From Anaeramoeba ignava BMAN (lineage: Eukaryota > Protista > Anaeramoebae), in contig JAPDFW010000063.1 of assembly GCA_028826165.1 (NCBI GenBank), positions 496,001 through 560,000 on the forward strand: a stretch of 64,000 nucleotides of DNA, read 5' to 3'. Positions within the stretch are counted from its first letter, which is position 1. Each line of letters starts with the position of its first letter. The translations under genes and the position numbers were made by a program. Below the pieces are notes generated by a model that was given only the letters and a program-made list of their open reading frames with translations, was not told the DNA's origin and did no database searches. Below, piece by piece: positions 1-12,118 of this stretch.

Positions 1-353
1 TTTTAGCAATATTTTCATGAGCATCTCCAATTTGTTGATATTCAGTTTTTAAAACTTCAATCGCATTTTTGATTGTTCTTTTTTTTTTATTTTTATTTTT
101 AATTAATTAAAGAAAAAATTTTTTTTGCTTTTTTTTTATTAAATTAAATTAAATTGAATTAAATTAAATACCCAGTTGATTTATTTCCAACTTTTGCTCC
201 TTTTAGAAGTTTTGATAATGAATGTCCATAAAATTCTTGTAATTTTGCAATTTTTTGAAGTAATTCTGTTAATTCTTTTAATTCTTTTAAATTTGTTGAA
301 ACCATTTCTTTTGTTGGTTCATAATAATCAATTAATTCATTTCTAAAACTCAT
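1..353 (-). CDS. F-BAR (FCH) domain protein, 5' part; continues beyond the window start
   Basis: Exon 353-172, GT-AG intron 171-78, exon 77-1. The spliced product MSFRNELIDYYEPTKEM...LQKIAKLQEFYGHSLSKL...STGTIKNAIEVLKTEYQQIGDAHENIAK fits the F-BAR pattern (A.LE..Y...L.KL, GT...A......E......H...A). Confidence 0.75.
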
Positions 354-425
354 TTTTTTTTTATTAAAATTTTTAATTTAAAAAAAAAATTTGGAAAAAG
401 AAAAAAAAATGAAAAAAAAAAATAT

Positions 426-715
426 AAAAAAAAAATGGAATAAAAATAAGAAAGAAAAATTAAAGAAATTAAATAGAAAATTTGTTTTAAATTGTTTTAA
501 TTTTTTATAATTAAATGTAAAATCTTTTGAAAATGTTAAAAAAAAATTTTTTTAATTTGTTTTTTTTTAAATTTTATTTTCAAATGATTTTTTCTTTTTA
601 GAGACCTTCCGGCTCAATTTTCATTAAAAAGGAAATAAATCCAAAAGAAAATTGGCAACGATGCTTACATCTCTATAAATTAAAAAATGATTTTTTCATT
701 TTCAAAAAAAAAATT
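426..715. repeat. Cassette copy 1 (~290 bp), duplicated at ~2018-2300, with a GC-containing core at 600-675
   Basis: Near-identical to 2018-2300; shared core TCCGGCTCAATTTTCATTAAAAAGGAAATAAATCCAAAAGAAAATTGGCA. Confidence 0.9.
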
Positions 716-759
716 TTGAAAAAACTTAATTTTTTTTTCTATAAATTAATTTCTTTCAA

Positions 760-2007
760 AAATAATAAATAAATTTATTTCAAAAAAAGAAATTAAATAT
801 TATTTATTATTTATTTATTATTTAAAGTTATTTTCAATTTTTATAAAAATTAAATAAATTTTAATTTAATTTAAAATAATTTTAATAAATAAATTAAATT
901 TAAATTAATAATAAATTATTATAAATAATATATAATATTATTTCAAAAAAAGAAATTAAATATTATTTACTATTTATTTATTATTTAAAGTTATTTTCAA
1001 TTTTTATAAAAATTAAATTAAATTTTATTTTAATTTAAAATAATTTTAATAAATAAATTAAATTAAAATTAATAATAAATTATTATAAATAATATATAAT
1101 ATTATTTCAAAAAGAAATTAAATATTATTTACTATTTATTTATTATTTAAAGTTATTTTATATTTTTATAAAAATTAATTAAATTTTAATTTAATTTAAA
1201 ATAATTTTAATAAATAAATTAAATTCAAATTAATAATAAATTATCAAAAATAATATATAAATTTATTTCAAAAAGAAATTAAATATTATTTACTATTTAT
1301 TTATTATTTAAAGTTATTTTCAATTTTTATAAAAATTAAATTAAATTTTAATTTAATTTAAAATAATTTTAATAAATAAATTAAATTCAAATTAATAATA
1401 AATTATCAAAAATAATATATAAATTATTATAAAAAGAAATTAAATATTATTTACTATTTATTTATTATTTAAAGTTATTTTCAATTTTTATAAAAATTAA
1501 ATAAATTTTATTTTAATTTAAAATAATTTTAATAAATAAATTAAATTAAAATTAATAATAAATTATTATAAATAATAAATAAATTTATTTCAAAAAGAAA
1601 TTAAATATTATTTACTATTTATTTATTATTTAAAAGTTATTTTCAATTTTTATAAAAATTAAATAAAATTTATTTTAATTTAAAATAATTTTAATAAATA
1701 AATTAAATTAAAATTAATAATAAATTATTATAAATAATAAATAAATTTATTTCAAAAAGAAATTAAATATTATTTACTATTTATTTATTATTTAAAGTTA
1801 TTTTAAATTTTTATAAAAATTAAATAAAATTTATTTTAATTTAAAATAATTTTAATAAATAAATTAAATTAAAATTAATAATAAATTATTATAAATAATA
1901 TATAATATTATTTCAAAAAAAGAAATTAAATATTATTTACTATTTATTTATTATTTAAAGTTATTTTAGATTTTTATAAAAATTAAATAAATTGTATTTT
2001 AATTTAA
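760..2007. repeat. ~161-bp AT-rich tandem satellite, block 1 (~8 units)
   Basis: GAAATTAAATATTATTTA recurs at ~789, 952, 1114, 1275, 1436, 1596, 1759, 1922. Confidence 0.95.
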
Positions 2008-2017
2008 CTTAAAAAAA

Positions 2018-2300
2018 TAAAAAAAAATGGAATAAAAATAAGAAAGAAAAATTAAAGAAATTAAATAGAAAATTTATTTTAAATTGTTTTAATTTTTTAT
2101 AATTAAATGTAAAATCTTTTGAAAATGTTAAAAAAAAATTTTTTTAATTTGTTTTTTTTAAATTTTATTTTCAAATGATTTTTTCTTTTTAGAGAATTTC
2201 CGGCTCAATTTTCATTAAAAAGGAAATAAATCCAAAAGAAAATTGGCAGAGCTTTCATCTCTTGTGGGAAAAAAATGGTTTTTTCATTTTCAAAAAAAAT
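2018..2300. repeat. Cassette copy 2
   Basis: Direct repeat of 426-715; differences concentrate around the GC-containing core (2191-2270). Confidence 0.9.
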
Positions 2301-2404
2301 TTTTTTCTTGTTAAAAAAAAGTTAATAAAAAATTATTTAATAAATTTGTTCAATTATTCTCATTTATTTTTCTTTTTTTTTCATCTAAAATCTTAAAATT
2401 ATAA

Positions 2405-4190
2405 CAATAAATTATTTCAAAAAAAGAAATTAAATATTATTTACTATTTATTTATTATTTAAAGTTATTTTCAATTTTTATAAAAATTAAATAAAATTTA
2501 ATTTAATTTAAAATAATTTTAATAAATAAATTGAATTTAAATTAATAATAAATTATTATAAATAATATATAATATTATTATAAAAAAAGAAATTAAATAT
2601 TATTTACTATTTATTTATTATTTAAAGTTATTTTAGATTTTTATAAAAATTAAATAAAATTTTATTTTAATTTAAAATAATTTTAATAAATAAATTGAAT
2701 TTAAATTAATAATAAATTATTATAAATAATAAATAAATTTATTTCAAAAAGAAATTAAATATTATTTACTATTTATTTATTATTTAAAGTTATTTTAGAT
2801 TTTTATAAAAAATTAAATTTAAATTTTATTTTAATTTAAAAATAATTTTAATAAATAAATTAAATTCAAATTAATAATAAATTATTATAAATAATAGATA
2901 TAAATTTATTTCAAAAAGAAATTAAATATTATTTACTATTTATTTATTATTTAAAGTTATTTTTCAATTTTTATAAAATTAAATTTTATTTTAATTTAAA
3001 ATAATTTTAATAAATAAATTAAATTAAAATTAATAATAAATTATTATAAATAATAAATAAATTTATTTCAAAAAGAAGTTAAATATTATTTACTATTTAT
3101 TTATTATTTAAAGTTATTTTCAATTTTTATAAAAATTAATTAAATTTTATTTTAATTTAAAATAATTTTTAAATAAATTAAATTAAAATTAATAATAAAT
3201 TATTATAAATAATATATAAATTTATTATAAAAAGAAATTAAATATTATTTACTATTTATTTTATTATTTAAAGTTATTTTCAATTTTTATAAAATTAATT
3301 AAAATTTATTTTAATTTAAAAAATAATTTTAATAAATAAATTAAATTTAAATTAATAATAAATTATTATAAATAATAAATAAATTTATTTCAAAAAGAAA
3401 TTAAATATTATTTACTATTTATTTATTATTTAAAGTTATTTTCAATTTTTATAAAATTAATTAAAATTTATTTTAATTTAAAATAATTTTAATAAATAAA
3501 TAAATTAAAATTAATAATAAATTATTATAAATAATAAATAAATTTATTATAAAAAGAAATTAAATATTATTTACTATTTATTTATTATTTAAAGTTATTT
3601 TCAATTTTTATAAAAATTAAATAAAATTTATTTTTAATTTAAAATAATTTTAATAAATAAATTAAATTTAAATTAATAATAAATTATTATAAATAATAAA
3701 TAAATTTATTTCAAAAAGAAATTAAATATTATTTACTATTTATTTATTATTTAAAGTTATTTTCAATTTTTATAAAAATTAAATTAAATTTTATTTTAAT
3801 TTAAAATAATTTTAATAAATAAATTAAATTCAAATTAATAATAAATTATTATAAATAATAAATAAATTTATTTCAAAAAGAAATTAAATATTATTTACTA
3901 TTTATTTATTATTTAAAGTTATTTTAGATTTTTATAAAAATTAAATAAATTTTATTTTAATTTAAAATAATTTTAATAAATAAATTAAATTTAAATTAAT
4001 AATAAATTATTATAAATAATAAATAAATTTATTTCAAAAAAAGAAATTAAATATTATTTACTATTTATTTATTATTTAAAGTTATTTTAGATTTTTATAA
4101 AAATTAAATTAAATTTTATTTTAATTTAAAATAATTTTAATAAATAAATTAAATTAAAATTAATAATAAATTATTATAAATAATAAATAA
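2405..4190. repeat. ~161-bp AT-rich tandem satellite, block 2 (~11 units)
   Basis: Same unit as block 1, recurring about every 160-165 bp from ~2426 to ~4043. Confidence 0.95.
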
Positions 4191-4325
4191 ATCAAATTCT
4201 TTATTTATTTATAATTAAGAATTAATTTTTGAAGTTGAAAAATGGATTGTTGTTTAAAGTGAGAACTGGGAAAAATTTTTTTAAATTTCTTTCTTTCATT
4301 TTATTTCATTTTTTTTTATTTAAAA

Positions 4326-5709
4326 ATGACAGAATCTGAAATTATGATGGGAGCTCAAGATATTGGAAATTTTCGAGCTCAAATTGAACAAACCAAAACA
4401 ATTGATACAAATTCAATAACATACAAAGGAATTTTTTCTGAATATTTTTTCTATTATGGAAAACAAGAAGAAAAAGAATTATTAACAACAGATACATCAA
4501 CAGCAATAACAATAAATCCACTAACAAAAGAAAAAGAGTATTTTTTATCATTTGGATTAAAATCAAAATATGATGGAGAAGGAATCAAAAAATATGGAAG
4601 ACCACCTTTAAATCTAATGATAATTCTTGATATTTCAGGTTCAATGAGTGATTCATTTAGAATTGATAATGATTTAAATGAAAATGAAGCAATCGCAAAC
4701 AAATTGGAAATTGCTAAAAGAGCAATAATTGGATTACTTCCTCATTTGAATGATTCAGATAATTTTGGAATGGTTATATTCGATTCAGTTGCAGAAATTT
4801 TTGAAAATTTTGGAAATTGGAAAGAAAAAAATAAAGAAGATATTTTGGAAAGAATGAAAAGTTTGAAACCAAGAGGTGGAACCAATATGGAAAAAGGATT
4901 ATCAAAAGGAGCAAAAATGATCCAAAAATTTTATTCAACAAAATCAAGAAGATAAAACAAGAGAAAGTCGAATTATGTTTTTAACTGATGCTCAACCTAA
5001 TTTGGGAAAAGGAACAGGAAGTCTCGCTGATTTAATTGAAAAATATTCAGAACAAAGATTATTTGTGACTTTTATTGGAGTTGGACTTGATTTTAATACT
5101 GAATTAATGGAAATTTTAAGTAAAATCAAAGGAACTAATTATTTTTCAGTTCAAAGCTCATCTGAATTTCTAAGGAAAATGGATAATGATTTTGATTATA
5201 TTGTTACTCCCATTGTTTATGATTTAGTTGTGAAAATTGAAGGTGCTAAAATCCTTAATATTTATGGTATTCCAAATTCAGAAGATGTTAAAGATACTAT
5301 TGTTACTAAAATTCCCACTATTATGCCAAGTAATTATAATGAAAAAAATGAATGTAAAGGAAGTTGTTTCTTGTTAAAAATGGATCCAAGTGTTTCTGAT
5401 GGAATTCCTTTGAATATTTCTTTATCTTTCAAAGATAAATTTGGAAATCAATTTAATCAAAAACATTCAATTATTTTCCCTAATTTTGATGAAAAAGAAG
5501 AAAATATCCAAGTTTTTGAAGATTCAAGAGTTAGAAAAGCTGTTTTATTGGTTAGATTTGTTGATTTAATGAAGAATTTAGATTTGAATGAAGATGAAAG
5601 TAAAGAGAAAGCAAGAAAATTTAGTGAACATTTAATTTCTGAAATGAATATTATTGGAGATGAACAATTACAAAAAGAAAATGATTTAATTGAAATTTTA
5701 CTAAATTAA
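4326..5709 (+). CDS. von Willebrand factor A domain protein (YfbK-like prokaryotic-type family), one apparent +1 frameshift at ~4940
   Basis: MIDAS motif LDISGSMS, GGTNM, FLTDAQPN and FIGVGLDFN. ORFs 4326-4955 and 4975-5709 join (…NQEDKTRESRIMFLTD) if one base is removed near 4940. Intronless. Confidence 0.85.
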
Positions 5710-5789
5710 AAATTGGAAAAAATTGTTTCCATTTTAATAAAAAAAATCATCAAATCTTAAATCAATTAATTTCATCAATAATTTCTTAT

Positions 5790-7616
5790 TTAAAAAATTA
5801 AACAATTATTTTTCTTTTGATTTTGGTTATTAAATTTGTTAATTAATAAATCAAATAAATTTGGATTTGTTTGATTTAATTGAAAATAATCAATTCCTTT
5901 TTTAATTTCATTAATAATTTCTTGTGTGATTTGAATTTCATCTTTAATTTGATTTGAATAAATCCAATATTCAAATATTTGAAATGATTTATTACTTAAT
6001 TCACTATAATCTCTAACTTTATTAGAAGTATCATTTGTTACAGATAAAAACATTCCTCGATATAATTCACTTCTCATTATTAATATTAATTTAGGAAATT
6101 TATATTGTTTTTCTTTTCTTTCAATTATAAAATCTTTTTCATTTTCATTTTCATTTAAATAAATTCTTTTCATTGTTTCTTCTATTTTTTCATTTAAATT
6201 TATAATTTCTTTAATTTCAGAATATAATATTGGATTTATTTTGGAATTATTTGAATAAATCATTTCAAATATTTGATTTGATTCTTTAATTGATTTTTTT
6301 GAAATAATTTCTTGAAGTTTTTCAATTTCAATTTCATTTTGATTTTGATTTAATCTATATTTCAATATTAATTTATGAGCTTCAATTATTTCTCCATTTT
6401 TGGTTTTAAATGAAATATTGCAAAATTCTTTTCTTCTAAATAATTTTATCAAATCTTCTTCAAGATTAGAAAAAGAAGGAGGAGAATAATAAAGAAATGA
6501 ATTGTTATATCCACAATGAATATGATAATTAGAAATATTTCCATTAAATCTTAATTTAGGAATTTCAATTTGAATTGAAATTAATTGATCTTTTGTATTT
6601 CTATTTCCTAATTGACCATATTTATTACTTCCAAACCCTATTAATTTTGAATTGGAAGTTAAAATCAAATTATGATTATATCCAACAGAAAAATCAAGAA
6701 TATTATCATCATTTTCAAACAAAGATGATTTGATTTCAGTAAATTCATAAGTATTTTGATATTCTTTCCCAAGTCCATTAAATTGATAATATCCACATGA
6801 ATAAAGTTTTCTTTTTGGATTTTCATTTTCATTTTCATTTTCATTTTCATTTTCAATTAACATTATTGAAAAAGAAACACCACATTGAATATCAATTATT
6901 TTACCTTTTGGAATATTTTGGATTTTGGTTAATTTTTGGATTTTTGTTTCTTTTCTTGATTCTCCTAATCCAATTTGTCCTGAATAATTATATCCGCATC
7001 CAAATAATTCTTGATTTGAATTTAAAAGAAAAGCATGTTCAGAAGAATTTCCTGAAAATATTTTAGAAACATTTTTCATCATTAAAATTGGTTTTTCTGT
7101 TTTATTAAGTGTTTCAGAATCAAAACCAAGTTGACCAAATTCATTTAAACCAATTCCATAAACATTTTGATTTGAAGTTAATAAATAAATTGAATTGTAT
7201 CCAGAAACAATATCTTTGATTACTCTATCATTTGTATCTTCAATTAATGATGAAATATTGATAAATTCATTTGAATTATTTGGATTAATATTTTCTCCTT
7301 TGGCAAATACATTTCCTTCTATTGTTAAAATAGCTTCACTTCGATTACCAACAGTTACTTTTTGAATATTTTCTTCAATTTGGATTTTTGAAGGATTTTG
7401 TTTTGAATCATTTTTATTTAAATATTCTATTGCTTTTCCATTTTCAAAAAGGAAAATTGTTGCATAACTTCCTGTTGAAATTTGTTTAATTTGTTTTTCA
7501 TTTTCATTTTCATTTTCATTTTCAAATTTAAATTGAATTGGTTTTGTTATTGAATATGGTTTATTTTTGATAATTTTTGGATATTGATTATAACCAAAAA
7601 ATATAATTTCATTCAT
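5790..7616 (-). CDS. RCC1-repeat + tandem BTB/POZ protein, copy 1, ends in CaaX (CLIF)
   Basis: RCC1 motifs G.N..GQLG and SVG..H; BTB motifs FCNISF..IEAHKLILKYR and LILIMRSELYRGMF; intronless, 608 aa. Confidence 0.9.
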   Translation of the reverse strand: MNEIIFFGYNQYPKIIKNKPYSITKPIQFKFENENENENEKQIKQISTGSYATIFLFENGKAIEYLNKNDSKQNPSKIQIEENIQKVTVGNRSEAILTIEGNVFAKGENINPNNSNEFINISSLIEDTNDRVIKDIVSGYNSIYLLTSNQNVYGIGLNEFGQLGFDSETLNKTEKPILMMKNVSKIFSGNSSEHAFLLNSNQELFGCGYNYSGQIGLGESRKETKIQKLTKIQNIPKGKIIDIQCGVSFSIMLIENENENENENENPKRKLYSCGYYQFNGLGKEYQNTYEFTEIKSSLFENDDNILDFSVGYNHNLILTSNSKLIGFGSNKYGQLGNRNTKDQLISIQIEIPKLRFNGNISNYHIHCGYNNSFLYYSPPSFSNLEEDLIKLFRRKEFCNISFKTKNGEIIEAHKLILKYRLNQNQNEIEIEKLQEIISKKSIKESNQIFEMIYSNNSKINPILYSEIKEIINLNEKIEETMKRIYLNENENEKDFIIERKEKQYKFPKLILIMRSELYRGMFLSVTNDTSNKVRDYSELSNKSFQIFEYWIYSNQIKDEIQITQEIINEIKKGIDYFQLNQTNPNLFDLLINKFNNQNQKKNNCLIF

Positions 7617-7654
7617 TTTTGAAAAGTAAAAAAATGAAAAATGATTTTTGGAAT

Positions 7655-7985
7655 TTTAATTTTAATTTTATTTTTAATTTTAATTCTAATTTTAATTTTA
7701 ATTTTGATTTTGATTTTAATTTTAATTTTAATTTTAATTTTAATTTTAATTTTAATTTTAATTTTAATTTTAATTTTGATTTTGATTTTAATTTTAATTT
7801 TAATTTTAATTTTAATTTTAATTTTAATTTTAATTTTGATTTTAATTTTAATTTTAATTTTAATTTTAATTTTAATTTTAATTTTAATTTTAATTTTAAT
7901 TTTAATTTTAATTTTAATTTTAATTTTGATTTTGATTTTAATTTTAATTTTAAATTTAATTTTAATTTTAATTTTGAATTTTAAT
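7655..7985. repeat. (TTTTAA/TTTTGA)n hexamer spacer between RCC1-BTB copies
   Basis: Visible microsatellite; similar spacers at ~9870-9960 and ~11800-12140. Confidence 0.95.
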
Positions 7986-8004
7986 TTCATTAATAATTTC
8001 TTAT

Positions 8005-9846
8005 TTAAAAAATTAAACAATTATTTTTCTTTTGATTTTGATTATTAAATTTCTTAGTTAATAAATCAAATAAATTTGGATTTGTTTGATTTAATTGAAA
8101 ATAATCAATTCCTTTTTTAATTTCATTAATTATTTCTTTTGTAATTTCAATTTCATCTTTAATTTGATTTGAATAAATCCAATATTCAAATATTTGAAAT
8201 GATTTATTACTTAATTCACTATAATCTCTAACTTTATTTGAAGTATCATTTGTTACAGATAAAAACATTCCTCGATATAATTCACTTCTCATTATTAATA
8301 TTAATTTGGGAAATTTATATTGTTTTTCTTTTCTTTCAATTATAAAATCTTTTTCATTTTCATTTTCATTTAAATAAATTCTTTTCATTGTTTCTTCAAT
8401 TTTTTCATTTAAATTTATAATTTCTTTAATTTCTGAATATAATTTTGGATTTATTTTGGAATTGTTTGAATAAATCATTTCAAATATTTGATTTGATTCT
8501 TGAATTGATTTTTTTGAAATAATTTCTTTGAAGTTTTCAAATTCATTTTGATTTTGATTTAATCTATATTTCAATATTAATTTATGAGCTTCAATTATTT
8601 CTCCATTTTTGGTTTTAAATGAAATATCACAAAATTCTTTTCTTCTAAATAGATTTATCAAATCTTCTTCAAGATTGGAAAAAGAAGGAGAATAATAAAG
8701 AAATGAATTTAGATATCCACAAGAGATATGATAATTGAAAATATTTTCATTAAATCTTAATTTAGGAAGTTTAATTTGAATTGGAATTAATTGATTTTCT
8801 GTATTTCCAGTTCCTAATTGACCATATTCATTATCTCCAAATCCAATTAGTTTCCCTTTTTTTGTTAAAATCAAAGTATGTAAATCGCCACAAGAAAAAT
8901 CAAGAATATTATCATCATTTTCAAATAAAGATGATTTGATTTCAGTAAATTCATAAGTATTTTGATATTCTTTCCCAAGTCCATTAAATTGATAATATCC
9001 ACATGAATAAAGTTTTCTTTTTGGATTTTGATTTTCATTTTCAATCAACATTATTGAATAGCTGGATCTACATTGAATATCAATTATTTTACCTTTTGGA
9101 ATATTTTGGATTTTGGTTAATTTATGGATTTGTGTTTCTTCTATTGATTCTCCTAATCCAGCTTGACCTGAATTATTATATCCGCATACAAATAATTCTT
9201 GATTTGAATTTAAAAGAAAAACAAAACTTGAAGTATTTCCTGAAAATATTTTAGAAACATTTTTCATCATTAAAATTGGTTTTTCTGTTCTTTGAAGTGT
9301 TTCAGAATCAATTCCAAGTTGACCATAATAATTATCACCAATTCCATAAGCATTTTGATTTGAAGTTAATAAGTAAATTGAAGTGTATCCAGAAACAACA
9401 TCTTGAATTATTCTATCATTTGTATCTTCAATTAATGATGAAATATTGATAAGTTCTTTTGGATTATTTGGATTAATATCTTTTCCTTTGGCAAATACAT
9501 TTCCTTCTATTGTTAAAATAGCTTCATTTTCACCTCCAACAGTTACTTTTTGAATATTTTCTTCAATTTGGATTTTTTCCACATTTAGAATTGAATATTT
9601 TTCAGTTAAATATTCTATTGCTTTTCCATTTTCAAAAAGGAAAATTGTTGAAAAATAACCTGATGAAATTTGTTTAATTTGTTTTTCATTTTCATTTTCA
9701 TTTTCATTTTCATTTTCATTTTCATTTTCATTTTCATTTTCATTTTCATTTTCAAATTTAAATTGAATTGGTTTTGTTATTTTATTTGGTTTATTTTTGA
9801 TAAGTTTTGGATATTGATTTTGACCAAAAAATATAATTTCATTCAT
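8005..9846 (-). CDS. RCC1-repeat + tandem BTB/POZ protein, copy 2, ends in CLIF
   Basis: 613-aa ORF, close paralogue of copy 1. Confidence 0.9.
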   Translation of the reverse strand: MNEIIFFGQNQYPKLIKNKPNKITKPIQFKFENENENENENENENENENENENEKQIKQISSGYFSTIFLFENGKAIEYLTEKYSILNVEKIQIEENIQKVTVGGENEAILTIEGNVFAKGKDINPNNPKELINISSLIEDTNDRIIQDVVSGYTSIYLLTSNQNAYGIGDNYYGQLGIDSETLQRTEKPILMMKNVSKIFSGNTSSFVFLLNSNQELFVCGYNNSGQAGLGESIEETQIHKLTKIQNIPKGKIIDIQCRSSYSIMLIENENQNPKRKLYSCGYYQFNGLGKEYQNTYEFTEIKSSLFENDDNILDFSCGDLHTLILTKKGKLIGFGDNEYGQLGTGNTENQLIPIQIKLPKLRFNENIFNYHISCGYLNSFLYYSPSFSNLEEDLINLFRRKEFCDISFKTKNGEIIEAHKLILKYRLNQNQNEFENFKEIISKKSIQESNQIFEMIYSNNSKINPKLYSEIKEIINLNEKIEETMKRIYLNENENEKDFIIERKEKQYKFPKLILIMRSELYRGMFLSVTNDTSNKVRDYSELSNKSFQIFEYWIYSNQIKDEIEITKEIINEIKKGIDYFQLNQTNPNLFDLLTKKFNNQNQKKNNCLIF

Positions 9847-9983
9847 TTTTGAAAAGAAAAAAATGAAAAATGAATTTTAATTTTAATTTTTAATTTTAAT
9901 TTTAATTTTAATTTTAATTTTAATTTTTATTTTAATTTTAATTTAAATTTTAATTTTAATTTCTTATTTAAAAAATTAAACAA

Positions 9984-11771
9984 TTATTTTTCTTTATTTT
10001 TCTTTTGATTTTGATTATTAAATTTGTTAATTAATAAATCAAATAAATTTGGATTTGTTTGATTTAATTGAAAATAATCAATTCCTTTTTTAATTTCATT
10101 AATTATTTCTTTTGTAATTTGAATTTCATCTTTGATTTGATTTGAATAAATCCAATATTCAAATATTTGAAATGATTTATTACTTAATTCACTATAATCT
10201 GTAACTTTATTAGATTTATCTTCTGTTACAGATAAAAACATTCCTCGATATAATTCACTTCTCATTATTAATATTAATTTTGGGAAATTTATATTGTTTT
10301 TCTTTTCTTTCAATTATAAAATCTTTTTCATTTTCATTTAAATAAATTCTTTTAATTGTTTCTTCAATTTTTTCATTTGAATTTATAATTTCTTTAATTT
10401 CAGAATATAATATTGTATTTATTTTGGAATTATTTGAATAAATCATTTCAAATATTTGATTTGATTCTTTAATTGATTTTGTTGAAATAATTTCTTGAAG
10501 TTTTTCAATTTGATTTTGATTTTGATTTAATCTATATTTCAATATTAATTTATGAGCTTCAATTATTTCTCCATTTTCTGGTTTTAAATGAAATATCACA
10601 AAATTCTTTTCTTCTAAATAATTTTATCAAATCTTCTTCAAGATTGGAAAAAGAAGAAAAAAAAGGAGAATAATAAAGAAATGATTTGTGCGCGCCACAA
10701 GAAAGATGGTAATTAGAAATATCTTCATTAAATCTTAATTTAGGAATTTCAATTTGAATTGGAATTAATTGAATTTCTGTATCTTCAATTCCTAATTGAC
10801 CATAATTACTTAGACCAAATCCTATCAATTTTGAATTTGAAGTTAAAATCAAAGTATGTCCAATTCCACAAGAAAAATCAAGAATATTATCATCATTTTC
10901 AAATAAAGATGATTTGATTTCAGTAAATTCATAAGTATTTTCATCTTTATCAAGTCCATTAAATTGATAATATCCACATGAATAAAGTTTTCTTTTTGGA
11001 TTTTCATTTTCATTTTCATCTTCGATCAACATTATGGAATAAGAATAACCACTTTGAATATCAATTATTTTACCTTTTGGAATATTTTGGATTTTGGTTA
11101 ATTTTTGAATTTTTGATTCCTTTCTTGATTCTCCTAATCCAAGTTTACCATATTCATTATATCCGCATCCAAATAATTCTTGATTTGAATTTAAAAGAAA
11201 AACAAAATTTGAATCAGTTTCTGAAAATATTTTAGAAATATTTTTCATCATTAAAATTGGTTTTTTTGTTTTTGGAAGTGTTTCAGAATCAAAACCAAGT
11301 TGACCATAATCATTTGAACCAATTCCATAAACATTTTGATTTGAAGTTAATAAGTAAATTGAATTGTATCCAGAAACAATATCTTGAATTATTCTATCGT
11401 TTGTATCTTCAATTAATGATGAAATATTGATAAATTTATTTGGATGTTTTGGATTAATATTTTCTCCGTTTGACAAATACATTTCCTTCTATTGTTAAAA
11501 TAGCTTCATTTTGAGAACCAACAGTTACTTTTTGAATATTTTCTTCAATTTGGATTTTTGAAGGATTTTGGTTTGAATATTCTATTGCTTTTCCATTTTT
11601 AAAAAGGAAACTTGTTGAAAACAAACCTGATGAAATTTGTTTAATTTGTTTTTCATTTTCATTTTCATTTTCATTTTCAAATTTAAATTGAATTGGTTTT
11701 GTTATTTCTTCTGGTTCATTTTTGATAAGTTTTGGATATTTATTGTCACCAAAAAATAAACAATCATTCAT
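9984..11771 (-). pseudogene. RCC1-BTB copy 3 with three 1-bp insertions (~11468, ~10580, ~10281): pseudogene or assembly error
   Basis: Four overlapping ORF pieces together make a full-length paralogue. Confidence 0.7.
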
Positions 11772-12118
11772 TTTTGAAAAAGAAAAAAATGAAAAAAATA
11801 ATTTTTGATTTTAATTTTGATTTTAATTTTGATTTTAATTTTAATTTTGATTTTAATTTTATTTTTAATTTTAATTTAAATTTTAATTTTAATTTTAATT
11901 TTGATTTTAATTTTATTTTTAATTTTGATTTTAATTTTAATTTTAATTTTAATTTTAATTTTGATTTTGGTTTTAATTTTAATTTTAATTTTAATTTTGA
12001 TTTTGATTTTGAATTTTAATTTGATTTTAATTTTGATTTTGATTTTGGTTTTGGTTTTAATTTTAATTTTGATTTTAATTTTGATTTTGATTTTGATTTT
12101 TGATTTTGATTTTGAATT

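Noticed and set aside
598-680. RNase P/MRP RNA (minus-strand GGAAGGTC / GGAAATTC after a P3-like hairpin), SRP RNA or HDV-like ribozyme
   Set aside because: Downstream sequence is almost pure A/T with no CR-V/P4 partner strand or other required helices; only short motif coincidences.
760-4190. CRISPR array, or an exon-intron array (each unit has AAAAG…37 nt…GTTATT)
   Set aside because: No unique spacers and no cas genes in a eukaryotic context. The 37-nt pseudo-exon is not a multiple of 3 and has stops in two frames.
4326-5709. Stop-codon reassignment or programmed frameshifting to explain split ORFs
   Set aside because: Breaks are frame changes, not in-frame stops; TAA and TGA end conserved genes normally; intact paralogues lack the indels.
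7613-8048. ORFs of poly-IK, poly-NF, poly-IL or INL/NYKF (also 11732-12122, 19238-19838, 37908-38171, 46039-47222, 48507-49200, 55970-56161, 60123-60344)
   Set aside because: Stop-free frames of microsatellites in introns or spacers, or antisense/off-frame to real genes.
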